Origin: Eledone cirrhosa
Lineage: Eukaryota
NCBI GenBank assembly: GCA_964016885.1
Contig: OZ024741.1
Coordinates: 73,656,001 to 73,720,000 of the forward strand
DNA: 64,000 bases
Reading direction: 5' to 3'
Position numbers and translations under genes: made by a program. Shown here one piece after another: positions 29,740 through 43,583 of this stretch. The notes below the pieces were generated by a model. The model worked only from the letters and a program-made list of their open reading frames with translations, was not told where the DNA came from and made no database searches. Positions within the stretch are counted from its first letter, which is position 1, and every line of letters begins with the position of its first letter.

Positions 29740-30091
29740 ACGTGTGTGTGTGAGTATGTGTGTGTGTGCGTGTGTCTGAGTGAGTGTGTGTCTGTGTTTG
29801 TGTGTGTCTGTGTGTGTTTGTGTGTGCATGTGTGTGAGTGTCTATATGTATTTGTGTGTGAGTGTCTATATGTGTTTGTGTGTGAGTGTCTATGTGTGTG
29901 TGTGTGTGTCTGTGTGAGTGAGTGTCTATGTGTGTCGGTGTATGTGTGTGTGTGTGTGTGTCTGTGTTTGTGTGTGTCTGTGTGTGTGCATGTGTGTGCA
30001 TGTGAGTGTCTATATGTGTTTGTGTGTGAGTGTCTATGTGTGTTTGTGTGTGTCTATGTGTGTGTGTGTATGTGTGTATTTGTGTAAGTGT

Positions 30092-30124
<33 letters not shown>

Positions 30125-30200
30125 AGTGTCTATGTGTGTCGGTGTATGTGTGTGTGTGTCTGTGTCTGTGTTTGTGTGTGTCTGTGTGTGTGTCAGTCTG
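29740..30200. repeat. (GT)n-derived compound minisatellite
   Basis: Recurring ~22-nt unit TGTGTGTGAGTGTCTATATGTG among GT repeats. Confidence 0.8.
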
Positions 30201-30297
30201 TCTGCAACTTTATTCATCTAGAGTGGAAGGGACCAACATTCTATCAATAGATAACTGTTAATGAATATACATGTTAATTTATATACATGTGTGTATG

Positions 30298-30382
<85 letters not shown>

Positions 30383-30707
30383 CTGTGTGTTTGTCTATAT
30401 ATATAGACACATACACATGCATGCATACATAAATACATATATACAATAACCATTGTAATCTAACAGTTGATATTACCACACACATATATATGAGTATGTG
30501 TGTGTGTGTGTCTTTCGCTGTTAATGTCGCTACGACTGTGTCTGTTTAAGCAGAAATAGAACCAAAAATATTAGAATTAAATAAAGACAGAAAAATTAAA
30601 AGCTCAATTTACTTATATATATATATCTAATTTTTTTTAGAATAAATATTTAGACATATACACAGATGCACACATACACTAACACCAGTTATGTATACAT
30701 ATATATA

Positions 30708-30784
<77 letters not shown>

Positions 30785-31013
30785 GCATATACGAACATAC
30801 ATATAAAATATATACATACATACTTGTCTGTGTCTGTACATGTATATATATGTATATGTATGTATACATGTATATGTATATATGTATATATATGTGTGTG
30901 TATATATATATAATATACATACATATATATGGATATATTTATACATATACATACATAATACTTGTATGTGTCTGTATATCTACATATATATATACATATA
31001 TATATATATACAT

Positions 31014-31104
<91 letters not shown>

Positions 31105-31217
31105 AATGTATATATATATATATATACATACATATATATATATACATTCATATATATATATATGTTATTCTTCACTTTTTCAATTATATATATATGTATA
31201 TACATATATATACATTC

Positions 31218-31252
<35 letters not shown>

Positions 31253-31628
31253 AGTGTGTGTATACATTCAATACATTATCTATGAGTCATTGTCACAACC
31301 CTGTGTTTATGATGCTCAAGTTAATACAAAATCCCTTCAAGGTTTCTGGTTTTCTTTATTTCCCCCTTTCTCTCCCAATCTTACTCTTTAATCTTCTCTT
31401 CCTCTCTCTGTCTCTCTTTCTATCTCTTTCTCTCTCTCCCTCTCTCTCTCATGCACTCTCTCTCCCTCTACGTTTCCTTCTGTTCCTCCTATCGCCTCAC
31501 ACTCTCTCTTTATCTATCTAATCATCACTTCGTGCTCTCTAAATTTTTTTTTAAATAATCATTCATTTCATTGTTACAAATATTGGCAGCCAATTGCCAA
31601 CTAGCATCACATACTCACACACACACAC

Positions 31629-31813
<185 letters not shown>

Positions 31814-31916
31814 TATATATATGTGCATATGCAGACGAACAGAATCAACCACGCATATGCATACACACAAATATCCTGACACAATTATATACATACATAT
31901 ATGTGGATGTGTATAT

Positions 31917-31980
<64 letters not shown>

Positions 31981-32332
31981 TGTATGTGTCTATATATCTA
32001 TGTATATTTATGTAGGTGTATATATCTATATATATGTATGTATGTATGCATACAAACATACATACACACACACATACATACATTACATTACATTACTTTA
32101 CTTTACTTTACATTACATACTTGCAAATTAATACTAGGATGTGTGAAAATGGCAAGGAAAGAGAAAAAAGCGGGAGGGAGTAGAGTTATGTTAGTGTGTG
32201 TAAAGGTGTGTGCATATGAATATCATATTGTTTTCATGTGTTTATGTGTATTTGTATGTCGACGTGAATGCTTATAATTGTGTGCTTATCACTGTGCATG
32301 TTTATGTATGCATATATACACATATTTCTATT

Positions 32333-32462
<130 letters not shown>

Positions 32463-32469
32463 AATGTAT

Positions 32470-35400
32470 GTTCTTCTGGTTTTATAATTTCACAAAGTTT
32501 TACCAATAGAGAGAGAGAGTCGGTTTCTAACATAGACACAAGACTGTCTGATTGGAATTTACACAACATCAACTAGGTAGATATGTATGTATGTCTGCAT
32601 GCATGCATGTGTAGATATGGATGGTATTGTATGTGTGGATGTGTATGTTTTGAGTTGTATGTGTGCATGTGTATATGCTTTTTATCTGTACATGTGTATA
32701 TGCAGTTATTAGATGCAACATTTTTGGAATGTTTTACATATTTTTACTGTTCCATTAATGGATTGTACTTGTAATTTCCTAACTAGTTGTGTACTTTCTG
32801 TTCCTGTGAAGCCTAGCTTCTCAAGATTTGTATTGAGGCAGTTACTAACATACCCAGTGCCCCAATAATCACAGGCATAAATCTGAAGGTGTAATCAGGG
32901 TGGAGTATCTGCAGATTTCTCATCAGTTCTGTATAAATATTCTCCTTTTCACTAATCTTTGATATTATATTGGAATCTGCTGGGCAGCTAATTTCCACTA
33001 CTGTGCATGTTTTCTTCTCCCTGTCCCATATTATAATATCTGGTCTGTTATGCCTGCATTTTATTGGGGTTTTTACTGGAACATTCCACCAGTACTGTTT
33101 CATATTATGTACATGGATGTCTTCCACATTGTTGTAGCTTTTAATGTGTTTATTATCGGGGCTATCTTTTTTACGGACTGCATTATACAGTGTTTTGGCC
33201 ATTACATCATGCCTCATAGGTAGATAGTACCGCGATTAGATCTTTCGACAGCTGCTGATGACATGGATGACATCCTGATGTTAGTTCTGCATAGTCTGCA
33301 CTTGTTATCACATCTAGGTGTTTTGCCTGCATCCCTATCTCTTTTGTGAATCAGGTATTTCGTGTTCAACTCCTGTTCTTGGATTGCAAAAACGTATCCT
33401 TCAAAGTGGGAGCCAATATAGCGGTTGTTGGTCCAAGATAGACTACTTTCCTTATCTATATTACTCTCACTCTGGAGATTCCTGGCAACATATCCATACA
33501 TTATTTTTTGCTGATAAGCATGCAGTTTTCATACATGGATTCACTGTGATACTGCTGAGCGACATCCCTGGGTGTGAGTTTTTGATTATCACACAGGGAA
33601 TATCTCTCAAGGAGTTCCTTCCCAACTCTCATGATCTTATCTGTTTCATGCAGATAGACTTGCTCGAGAAACGGGTTCCTACGCTTCGAGGTTCGTAGAT
33701 GTTGTCGGAGAGATATGATGCGACATTCAAATGTTGTCTGGACTGATGTTAGGCCTCTGCCTCCCTGCCTACGTTTCAAGTAAAGGCGGTCTATGTCACT
33801 GTTGATGTGGAAGTTTCCGGTGTTGTTTAGTATTTTTCGAGTTCTAACATCAACTGTTCGGATTTCGTCTATCGTCCAATTGAGTATTCCAAACGATTGT
33901 GTTAGAACAGGCACAGCAAACACATTGTGAGCCACTGTTTTGTTTTGCGCAGAGAGTTCCGATGACCAGATCTTTCTTAATCGGGTGTAATATTCCCTGG
34001 TTACGCGTTCTTTATTACAGATACAATTATAGGATATGTTCTCCTCTATCCCCAGCCAGGTATCTGTAGCTGTCCTCATCAGATATCGGTGAATCAGTTA
34101 GGCCATTGATGACAATGTTGCAAGATTGGGTTGTTGTTTTTCCACGCTTTACAGTTATGTATGAGCATTTATCTTGGCTAAACTCCATTCCTATATCCTT
34201 TGAGAACGTTGTAACCATGTCAAGATTTTTCTTCATTCCATCCATGTTCTTGGCATAGAGTTTCAGATCGTCCACAAAGAAATTATGGGTTAGGTTCGTA
34301 TTTCTGTCCTCCTGTGAGCCAATGATGTATCCATCACATTTCTTGAGCAGAAAGGACAAGGGGTTTAATGACAAGATGAATAATATCACAGAGAGACTGT
34401 CCCCCTGAAATATACCCCTGCAATATTTTATTTTATCAGTGAAAATAGAGTCCTCCCTCTCTGTCTTTAACCTTAGGGTAGTAGCCCAAGAAGAAGACAG
34501 CCTCTCTATGGCTCTGACAATAATGTCTGGGACTTTAGCAAGTTGGAGGGCCTCTATCATCCAAGAGTGGGGAACAGAATCGAAAGCTTTCCTGTAGTCC
34601 AGCCAGACTGTATCCATATTCCTCCTAAGTTGTCGCACCTCCGACATCGCAGTTTTGTTGATTAGGAGTTGTTCAGCACATCCCCAAACCCCTTTCTTTC
34701 CAGCTGCTTGTATCTGTGATGATGTTATTATTTTCACAGTGATCTTGGAGGAATAGGTTCAGGCAGGCTGTATACATCTTATACATCAGGTTCTGGCATG
34801 CAATGGGTCGGTAGTCTTTTTGCCGAGTTGGTGTCTTTCTCCTTGGGGACCAGTAATGTTTGTGCTAATGTCAACCATTCTGGTATAAGTGTATCTCCCT
34901 TAAGAGCTTGTTGGTAGAGGTCAGTAAGATACCTCCGATAGAATATCAGTTTTTTTGTACCAGTAGCCGACAACCCTATCTCTTCCTGGTGTTTTCTTAT
35001 CTTGGAGTTTTCCTATCACATCTCAAGTGTACCCTCACTTATTTCGTATGTTTTTGTTGTAGGGTAGGAGCAATAGTTCTTTCGGATTTTTCTTAGCCAC
35101 ACTGCATCTTGGTTGAAATTCTTCTTTTCACCCCAACTTGGGGCCTCTGTGACACTTATTATTTTGCCCTTCATAGACTGATCTTTGGTTTCGTCTGAAT
35201 CTTTTATTAATCACTTTTCTCTCATCTACCTTCTTCAGGTATCGGCGTTTTTCGCTAACAGCTCTCAATTCTTGTTTGAGGGTGATCAGCTTATATTGGA
35301 GAGTTCTGGTTCTACTGTTACCAAACATCGTCTCTATTTTATTTTTCACACTTTGTTGTTGAGGAGTGAGTTTTTTTGGTGTTTGTTTGCATGTAAGGAG

Positions 35401-36540
35401 CATTGTCACATATCCTATGTTTTTTCGTAGGTCAGAAATCTTTTTTTCTATTTTAGTTATATATGATGGTATTGTTGGTGGTGTTCTGTTCTTGCTAATA
35501 TCTCTGCTATCACCAAGATAATGCTTCACTGTCGTTGCTAAGGCATATAAACAGGCGTTGATTTGCCAAAATGTTGGGGTTTTTATCCGTCGTAAATATT
35601 TATCCCCTATTTCGTCAATAACACGTAATATTCCATTATTTGTTTTTTTTATTAAACATTGTCGTTTTAACACGTTCAGCAAGGGAGATATTTATACATG
35701 AATTAATTTCTCTCTGGAAGATTTCGTTGAGGGAAAATTTCAATTGTTTATACTTTTGATTATTATCATTATCGATAGTATTTTCCACAACAGTCGAGGT
35801 AGACCCGGATGATACACCTGGTGTCAAATTTCTTCGATTATTATTATCGATAATGTTGTCCCCAGCATTCGAGGTAGACTTAGATGGTACAGGTGGTGTC
35901 AAGTTTCTTACAGGCATAGTTGTTTCAAGGCTCTGTTCGACCTGGCTGCTAGGAAGTCTAGTAGCATGGCGACCTGTAGCAAGTGTTGTTGATCCCATGT
36001 TTGTTGTGGGGGACTTACAATTAATAATATTTATCTTATTTTTTACGTTCAACAAACGTCGCTTGTTAGCGTAATTGTTTCGCTGTGAAATAATTTAGCC
36101 CTGGGTGCATTTCGTCCCAGAGTAGCTTCATTCTGTTCATATAGCCAATGGAGGGATTGTTTTTTGCCATTTTAAAACAATTAAATAAATCATTATTAAG
36201 TTCGCAACTCCAAGAGAAATGCGATTTATAATTTCGGTTCCTTCTGTAGCTACAACTGAATAAAGTTTGTTTACCTTCCTTGTTATTTGTCTTCGGTACT
36301 TCCTTAATTTTGTTGTTGCTGTTGTGTTCAGCCATGCTGTTTGTAGCAAATCCTTGTAAAATGAATTATGTATTTAGTCGGATATCTCTACGAATTCGAA
36401 TAAAAGGTGTCTTCAGAAGATATAGTTAGAAGAATAACCAGTTATTCAACATGACTGTAGTTGTGGCATAACTGTCGGAGATAGTATTCATCTTAAATTT
36501 AATAAATAGTCTCCCACGCCAACATATGCGACTGATCGCG
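32470..36540 (-). mobile_element. R4/Dong-clade non-LTR retrotransposon (RT plus restriction-like endonuclease), near full length, frameshifted
   Basis: [74 protein letters not shown]...VVEISCP in consecutive minus-strand ORFs from 36335 to about 32710. Confidence 0.88.
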
Positions 36541-36880
36541 TTGTGTATGTATGTATGTATGTATGTATGTATGTATGTATGTATGTATGTATGTATGTAT
36601 GTACGTGTGTGTGTGTGTGTCGATATACACATATTCTTTTACTCTTTTACCTGTTCCAGCCATATGGCTGAGGCCATATATATATGTATATATATATACA
36701 CAAATACACAGAGAGAAGTGTGTTACACAGTAAGAAGTGTGTAAAAAATTATTACATGTGAGTTTAACCGTTACTGGATGGAGAACAATACCTACAGGTT
36801 AGCAATTAAATAGAAAAAAAACTAAGTCAGAATCAAATCTCTGAAGTAGAGTTTTAAATTACTAACCTTATAACTATAAG

Positions 36881-36956
36881 CTTGCTGATACGAATTTAGT
36901 TCGTTTCACCACAGAAATGTGCGGTATAACAGCCCATAGGATCCTCAGTCAGCAAG
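36881..36956 (-). ncRNA. Type I hammerhead (inverted copy)
   Basis: Reverse complement of 37292-37367. Confidence 0.8.
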
Positions 36957-37291
36957 TATGGGTAATGTTCACGACACATCTAGCCTAGGATAGAGAGAAA
37001 GCTAATAAACATGCTGCCCAGATGGAAATTCTCTGTTCTTCTCCGAGCTAATATTATTATTACTGTGAACTGCGGAATACTTTAATTCCGATCTTTGTAT
37101 ATTTAACGAGCTCCAGATTGTTGAGCTAAGAAATTCGAATGGTTGGGCTGCTCTCTCTCTAGCATTTTCCCCCAATTCATGAGAGCCGTTATTTGATGCA
37201 AATAACACATGATTTTGCCCTACTTTGGGCAGCGTGTTTATTAGCTTTCTCTCTATCCATTAGGCTAGATGTGTCGTAAACATTACCCATA

Positions 37292-37367
37292 CTTGCTGAC
37301 TGAGGATCCTATGGGCTGTTATACCGCACATTTCTGTGGTGAAACGAACTAAATTCGTATCAGCAAG
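37292..37367 (+). ncRNA. Full type I hammerhead ribozyme
   Basis: CTTGCTGA-CTGAGGA-TCC...GGT-GAAA-CGAA.CTAAA.TTC-GTA-TCAGCAAG: 8-bp perfect helix I, 5-bp intramolecular helix III, GUA triplet. Confidence 0.85.
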
Positions 37368-37636
37368 CTTATTGTTATAAGGTTAGTAATTTAAAACTCT
37401 ACTTCAGAGATTTGATTCTGACTTAGTTTTTTTTCTATTTAATTGTTAACCTGTAGGTATTGTTCTCCATACAATAACGGTTAAACTCACATGTAATAAT
37501 TTTTTACACACTTCTCACTGTGTAACACACTTCTCTCTGTGTATTTGTATTTGAGCTCAGATGAAAATTCTCTGTTCTTCTTCGAGCTAATATTATTATT
37601 ACTGTGAACTGTGGAATACTTTAATTCCGATCTTTG

Positions 37637-37675
<39 letters not shown>

Positions 37676-37728
37676 ATACACATACGCGCACACACACACA
37701 CACACACACACACTTATACACATACGCG

Positions 37729-37777
<49 letters not shown>

Positions 37778-37780
<3 letters not shown>

Positions 37781-37841
37781 AAAAAGTATGACCCCGACGG
37801 CAGGGCTCAAACAGTTTCGATGGCTTACCACAACTCCTTCG

Positions 37842-37843
<2 letters not shown>
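37778..37843 (+). mobile_element. Family A, internally deleted copy
   Basis: Same left terminus AGGAAAAAGTATGACCCCGACGGC and right terminus CCTTCGTT(AT)n. Confidence 0.7.
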
Positions 37844-37874
<31 letters not shown>

Positions 37875-37875
<1 letters not shown>

Positions 37876-39150
37876 GGGGATCTCACTGACGTCACTTGTG
37901 GCAAAGACCCTCAATACAATGATTCTTAACAGGATCCAGCCTGATATGGAGAAGAAGCTCAGGGACAACCAGAACGGATTTAGAGAGGGAAGATCAACCA
38001 CCAGTCACATCCTGATGTTGAGGAGGATATTAGAGGGAGATAGAGCAAAGTGCCTTCCTGCGGTCATGGTTTTCATTGACTTTAGGAAGGCCTTTGATTC
38101 TGTTGACCGTCACTGCCTGATGAAGATCTTACAGGCTTATGTAAGAAGATAGTGGACCTGATATCACTGCTCTACACCAACACCAAAGCCCAAGTCATTA
38201 CACCTGATGGGATGACAGAGTTCTTTGAGATACTGGCTGGAGTGCTCCAGGGAGATACATTGGCTCCCTACCTTTTTATCATCGTAGTAGACTATTGTAT
38301 GCGCTTTGCACTGGAGAAACACCAGGACTCTGGCTTTACTGTAGCACCGGCTCAGAGCAGGAGAGTTAAGGCGGAAAAGATATCGGATGCTGAATTTGCC
38401 GACGACATAGTTTTGGTGACAAATACAGTGAAGGAGGCAGAGGATTTGATGCAGGAGGTTGAGACTGTGTCGATGAGTGTGGGGCTGAGAATGAATGAGA
38501 CTAAAACAAAATATCTGGTAGAGAATGTTGAGAGGCTAGAGGGGATCACTAATGTAGGCGGGAAGCCGCTAGAATTGGTTGAGGACTTCCTGTATTTGGG
38601 AGCAAAGATTGGGAATACGGAAGATGATGTGGTTGAGAGGAAGAGCAAAGCCTGGGCGGCGTGCCACAGCTTGAGATCGGTGTGGAAGTCGGACCTTCGT
38701 AAAGACCTGAAAATCCGCCTCTTCATTGCTGTAGCGGAGTCTGTGCTGCTGTACGGGTATGAGAGTTGGACACTGACCAAGAAACTCACTCAGATGGTGG
38801 ATGGGTGCTACACGAGAATGCTGAGGATGGCTCTGAACAATAATCAGTATACACTGAGGATGAAAAACTCAGAGCTGTATTGGAGCCTCCCAAAAGTCAG
38901 CTCAAAAGTGACACAGAGGAGACTGAGGTTAGCTGGACATGCTCACCGACATCCAGAGTTGACATTGCACTCGGTGCTCCTGTGGGAGCCCCTACATGGA
39001 CACACTTGAAGGTTAACGTATGTTGATGCCCTAAGGACAGACACTGGTCCGTTAGAGACGCAGGACATGGCAACGATAATGAGGGACAGAGACCGCTGGA
39101 GAGAACTCGTCCATGGATCTAGGGAATTTTACCCGCCCTAGATAGATAGA
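37875..39150 (+). mobile_element. RTE/RTE-X-like LINE, 5'-truncated, largely open RT
   Basis: GISLTS, NQNGFR, FIDFRKAFDSV, GVLQGDTLAPYLF, FADD, LLYGYESWTL, RLRLAGH; (TAGA)n tail. Confidence 0.92.
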
Positions 39151-39189
39151 TATACATAGATACATACATACATATATATATATACACAC

Positions 39190-39241
<52 letters not shown>

Positions 39242-39339
39242 CAAGGGTAAAGATATATAACACTATTTGTATTTAGAGAGATATATACATATACGAATCA
39301 TAGCCTGCAAAATTCATAGCCTGGTTAATAAAGAATGAT

Positions 39340-41090
39340 GCTAGAGCTGTGAAATCTTGCATGCCTTATTATCCACTCTTCTTATTAATAATTGCATTGT
39401 TATTTTTTCACCTAATCTGAAAATATACGATTTATAGGATCCTAAATGAAAAAAAAATGAACTATAAACTTAAGTTAATTATGTAGAAATAATTTTTCCA
39501 TGTTTCTGTTATTCGTACAAATAAGTATTGTTTATCCATTGATGTGTGGAGCTTTTCGATAGTTATTTGAAAATTCAGCAAGTTAATGAGTTAACACTAA
39601 GATTCTAATGCAAGGTTCATTGCATTGTTGGTTCAGTGCTAGTTTTGTGGGCGAGTAGTAAACACGCTGGTTTTTGTCAAGTTCCAACAATTGTTATAAA
39701 GTTATTTTGCTTTTTATTACCTGAATGGGTTACAGTAATGTAAGAACTTAAAGGTACCTTAAAATAGAATTGATTGGTTTTGCTTTATATATTTCTTTAT
39801 ATCTTTCGAATAAGAAAATTGAAGCCAGAAAGGCCATTTGGCAGCTTGAGAAAACGCTCTAGAGGGAGTTACCTCAAACTCGACACGCTGCCAAACAAGA
39901 TGTGTTATTATGATATCTCTACCATCATGTCGAACTCGGGGATACGATTTCAGTTGCCGTAAAAGAAACTAGCCAGAACATCCAGGAAATGTGGAGAAAA
40001 GCAAGTATCCCTACCAAAACGGGAAAAAAAACATCCGCACTTTAATCGAGAAATTTTATAAGGAGTATCAAGGACTGAAAAAAGAACAGTCAAGGATGAC
40101 TGATTAAGCAATTACAAAGTGTGAAATTTGAAAAGATGATCTCGAGGAAATTTTTAACATTGCAAGCAAGGACGTTCTTGAATGAAAGGATGTCTTATCT
40201 GATGACAAAGCTTTCTTTGAGACACAGTGGAAAGATCGGATGTCTTCATTCATGGCTGGTGTTTATGCAGAACATGAGAAAGAGGCATCCAGAATTAAGG
40301 AAAAGAAGATTCACAACATAGAAACTAGAAAGAGAAAGCAGGATGAAGAAGACTAGAAGATGTCCGAGAAGGTAGCTCTTCAAAGTTCGTCATACAGCTC
40401 ATCTATTAGTTATGAGGATCAAATCGTCAATTCAGCACCGCCCCGAAGATCACAATTGCGGAGAGTATTGGTAATGATGAGTCTGAACATTTGATTTCCT
40501 CCTCAACTGTTTATTGAGCAAACACCAGGCTCAGGAAATCGAGTTACCCGCTTTCCCACATGAAAACAGATTCTAGCTAGTCCTCCATTGGGATGGAGAA
40601 TCATTACTATCGGCTTCCCGATCTTGCACACTCAAAGATTGAATTGCAGTTTTAGTTACGAGAAAAGAAGCTCTTATGTGTCCCTATTGCGAGAGATGGA
40701 ACCGGACAACAAGTCTATGAAATTGTTTTGAAGGAAATTCAACGACTCAAAATTGAGGATAAAATAATTGGCATGTCCTTCAACACCACCGCCAGTAACA
40801 CCAGCATGCACCAACAAACCGATACAAATATTGAAGCAGCTCTGAAAACATTCCTCATGCCGACATCACATTTTTTAACTGGTTTTGAAGAAGGTTTTTA
40901 AGATCTTTTTCCCATCGTCTGGTCTCAGTATCCCAATGTTCAAAAAGTACCAGGAACGTTGGGACTCCATCGTTAACTCTTATTATCAAACATCCTGGAG
41001 GATGATGATGAACCCATGGAAGATTTTTACAAGCAAAAAGTCATTTCCGGTTATAAATTTCATCAATAAAAGGTGTTTCCCTGTTTAACC
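39340..41090 (+). pseudogene. Decayed hAT-like (hATm-type) transposase
   Basis: Manual translation: LVLHWDG, IAVLV, VPIARDGTGQQ, IIGMSFNTTASNT, CRHHIF. Many stops and shifts; TIRs not resolved. Confidence 0.65.
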
Positions 41091-41576
41091 CCAATATTAT
41101 TATGTATTTAGAACATATTCCTTCTGCTTATTTTCATTTCATTTCGTTCTGTCGTGGGGTTTCCATTTAGTAAAGTGAACGGAAAGGAGAACATACTACA
41201 GGCTAGATAAAGAAAAAAGTTGTCATAAATGAAAAGATGTGAAAGTGTGCAACCAGTAAATATGATTTGATTGCTGTATAATTCGGCATATATCGTTTTT
41301 TCAACTCAAACACGAGCGTTATCGACCTAAATGGAAAACACTAATGTATTTATATATATATATATATATGTGTGTGTGTATGTGTGTGTGTGTAGGGCGG
41401 GGTGTTTAAGTGAAAAAGTCTATTTATGAGGGTATAAACCAGACAGTCTGTCTGGCTTATACCCCCATAAATCGAGTATTTCACTTAAATTTAATATGTA
41501 ATATTGCTTCTCTAATTGATATTTTATCTATATTATTATATCATTGAGATGTTTTAGTATTAGAGATTAATTAATA

Positions 41577-41645
<69 letters not shown>

Positions 41646-41785
41646 TTAAAAACCAAGTCTAGCAAATAGAGAAAGTTTTAAAATAAATTTTAAAAAATTC
41701 GCTGTACTTACTATATGTGCCTTTACCACGGTTTCAAGTACCAAAATAAACGGATAATCGAAGCGGATTTCCATTGAGAAGGGGA

Positions 41786-42345
41786 CTCTGTACGGACCAA
41801 CAACACACACAAACCTCTACACTAACATTCCCAGCTCTGTACGACCAACAACAAACACACACACACCTCTACACTTACATTCCCAGCTCTGTACGAACCA
41901 ACAACAAACACACCTTTACACTAACATTCCCAGCTCTGTACGGACCAACAACACACACAAACTTCTACACTAACATTCCCAGCTCTGTACGAACCAACAA
42001 CAAACACACCTTTACACTAACATTCCCAGCTCTGTACGAACCAACAACAAACACACCTCTACACTAACATTCCCAGCTCTGTACGGACCAACAACACACA
42101 CAAACCTCTACACTTACATTCCCAGCTCTGTACAGACCAACAATAAACACACCTCTACACTTACATTCCCAGCTCTGTACGGACCAAGAACAAACACACC
42201 TCTACACTTACATTCCCAGCTCTGTACAGACCAAGAACAAACACACCTCTACACTTACATTCCCAGCTCTGTACAGACCAAGAACAAACACACACACACC
42301 TCTACATTTACGTTCCGAGCTCTGTACGGACCAACAACAAACACG
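41786..42345. repeat. Minisatellite, 12 copies of a 47-53 bp unit
   Basis: Unit CATTCCCAGCTCTGTACGGACCAACAACAAACACACCTCTACACTTA, lying in a PLE-like 3' region. Confidence 0.95.
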
Positions 42346-42850
42346 CAAACACACACACTTAAACTTCTATACGCTCACATATTCTCACAGCTTCGAAAAG
42401 ACAAACATACACACAACCCCACCACCACTACACTCATAAACGTATTCACACGCATATCCTCACAGCTTCGTCTAGACAAACAAAATAAACACACACATAT
42501 TCACTCTATATACAACAGATTTGTTTACCTTTTCATCACACTATAGATGCCTTTGATCACAGCCTTTCAAAAGACAGTCAACTCAACTAAACGCTGTTTT
42601 CAACAGTTTTCCAAGAGATGGCGATATGAACAGAGCTGCATTTTCTCGAAGAAAATTTTTTTTCGTTTCTGCTCCTGCTCATTCTCCTCTAGCTTTCTAA
42701 TTCTTTAATTTCTCATTCTCTTTATTGATGAAGGACTAATGTCCGAAACCTAAAGATTCTTTTCCTACTATATCTAGCGTAAAAATAAAATACTTTTCAT
42801 TGTACTGTGTCGTTTGGGTTGTTATTTCCATTTACTTTTTGCATGTTAAC
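42346..42850 (+). mobile_element. PLE (Neptune-type) 3' region with degenerate hammerhead
   Basis: Homology to 3050-3400; TTGATGAA-GGAC.TAAT.GTCC-GAAACCTA at 42725-42752. Confidence 0.55.
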
Positions 42851-42865
42851 ACACACACATACATA

Positions 42866-42921
<56 letters not shown>

Positions 42922-43337
42922 CTAGGTATATCTAATCGGTATATGCATAATTCCAAGGAATGAGTCAATGTATTTGGAACGCAGGACATATTCATTTTAG
43001 TAAGAACAAAAGCTTTCGTACTAGAACGTGATTCAACTCATAATTACAAGTTCTGCAATAAAGCGACAATGGAAGCTATCTAACTTTCTTGTCTTAGGCC
43101 ATACGTGTAAACGACCCATAAAACACGGTGTAATCGTAAATCAACAAATGAGAGACACTGAAATAATATATAGACATATAATCCATACATCTATTGCAAT
43201 ATATTTCTTATCTACTGATTTTTTAATATATATTATTTTGTAGCATTTGGTGATCCAACTTCATCTCTCTTGCTTGCTTCCCATGAATTGAACAAATCAC
43301 CATATTCAGATTCAGACAGCAAGATTCTCTCACTCAC

Positions 43338-43391
<54 letters not shown>

Positions 43392-43465
43392 CGTGTGTGT
43401 GTGTGTGAGTGTGTGAGTGTGTGTGTGTGTGCGTGTGTGTGCGTGTATAACTACACAGATATATA

Positions 43466-43513
<48 letters not shown>

Positions 43514-43542
43514 CATACATATATACCTACATATATATGCAT

Positions 43543-43583
<41 letters not shown>

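Larger units (their letters stand above)
36700..37640 (+). mobile_element. Non-coding hammerhead-bearing element: 320-bp inverted arm plus 1.15 units of 539 bp
   Basis: Arms 36700-37020 / 37226-37548; direct repeat 37019-37100 / 37558-37639. Confidence 0.85.

Noticed and set aside
41786-42345. CRISPR-like array
   Set aside because: Units are contiguous with no unique spacers, there are no cas genes, and the context is eukaryotic.
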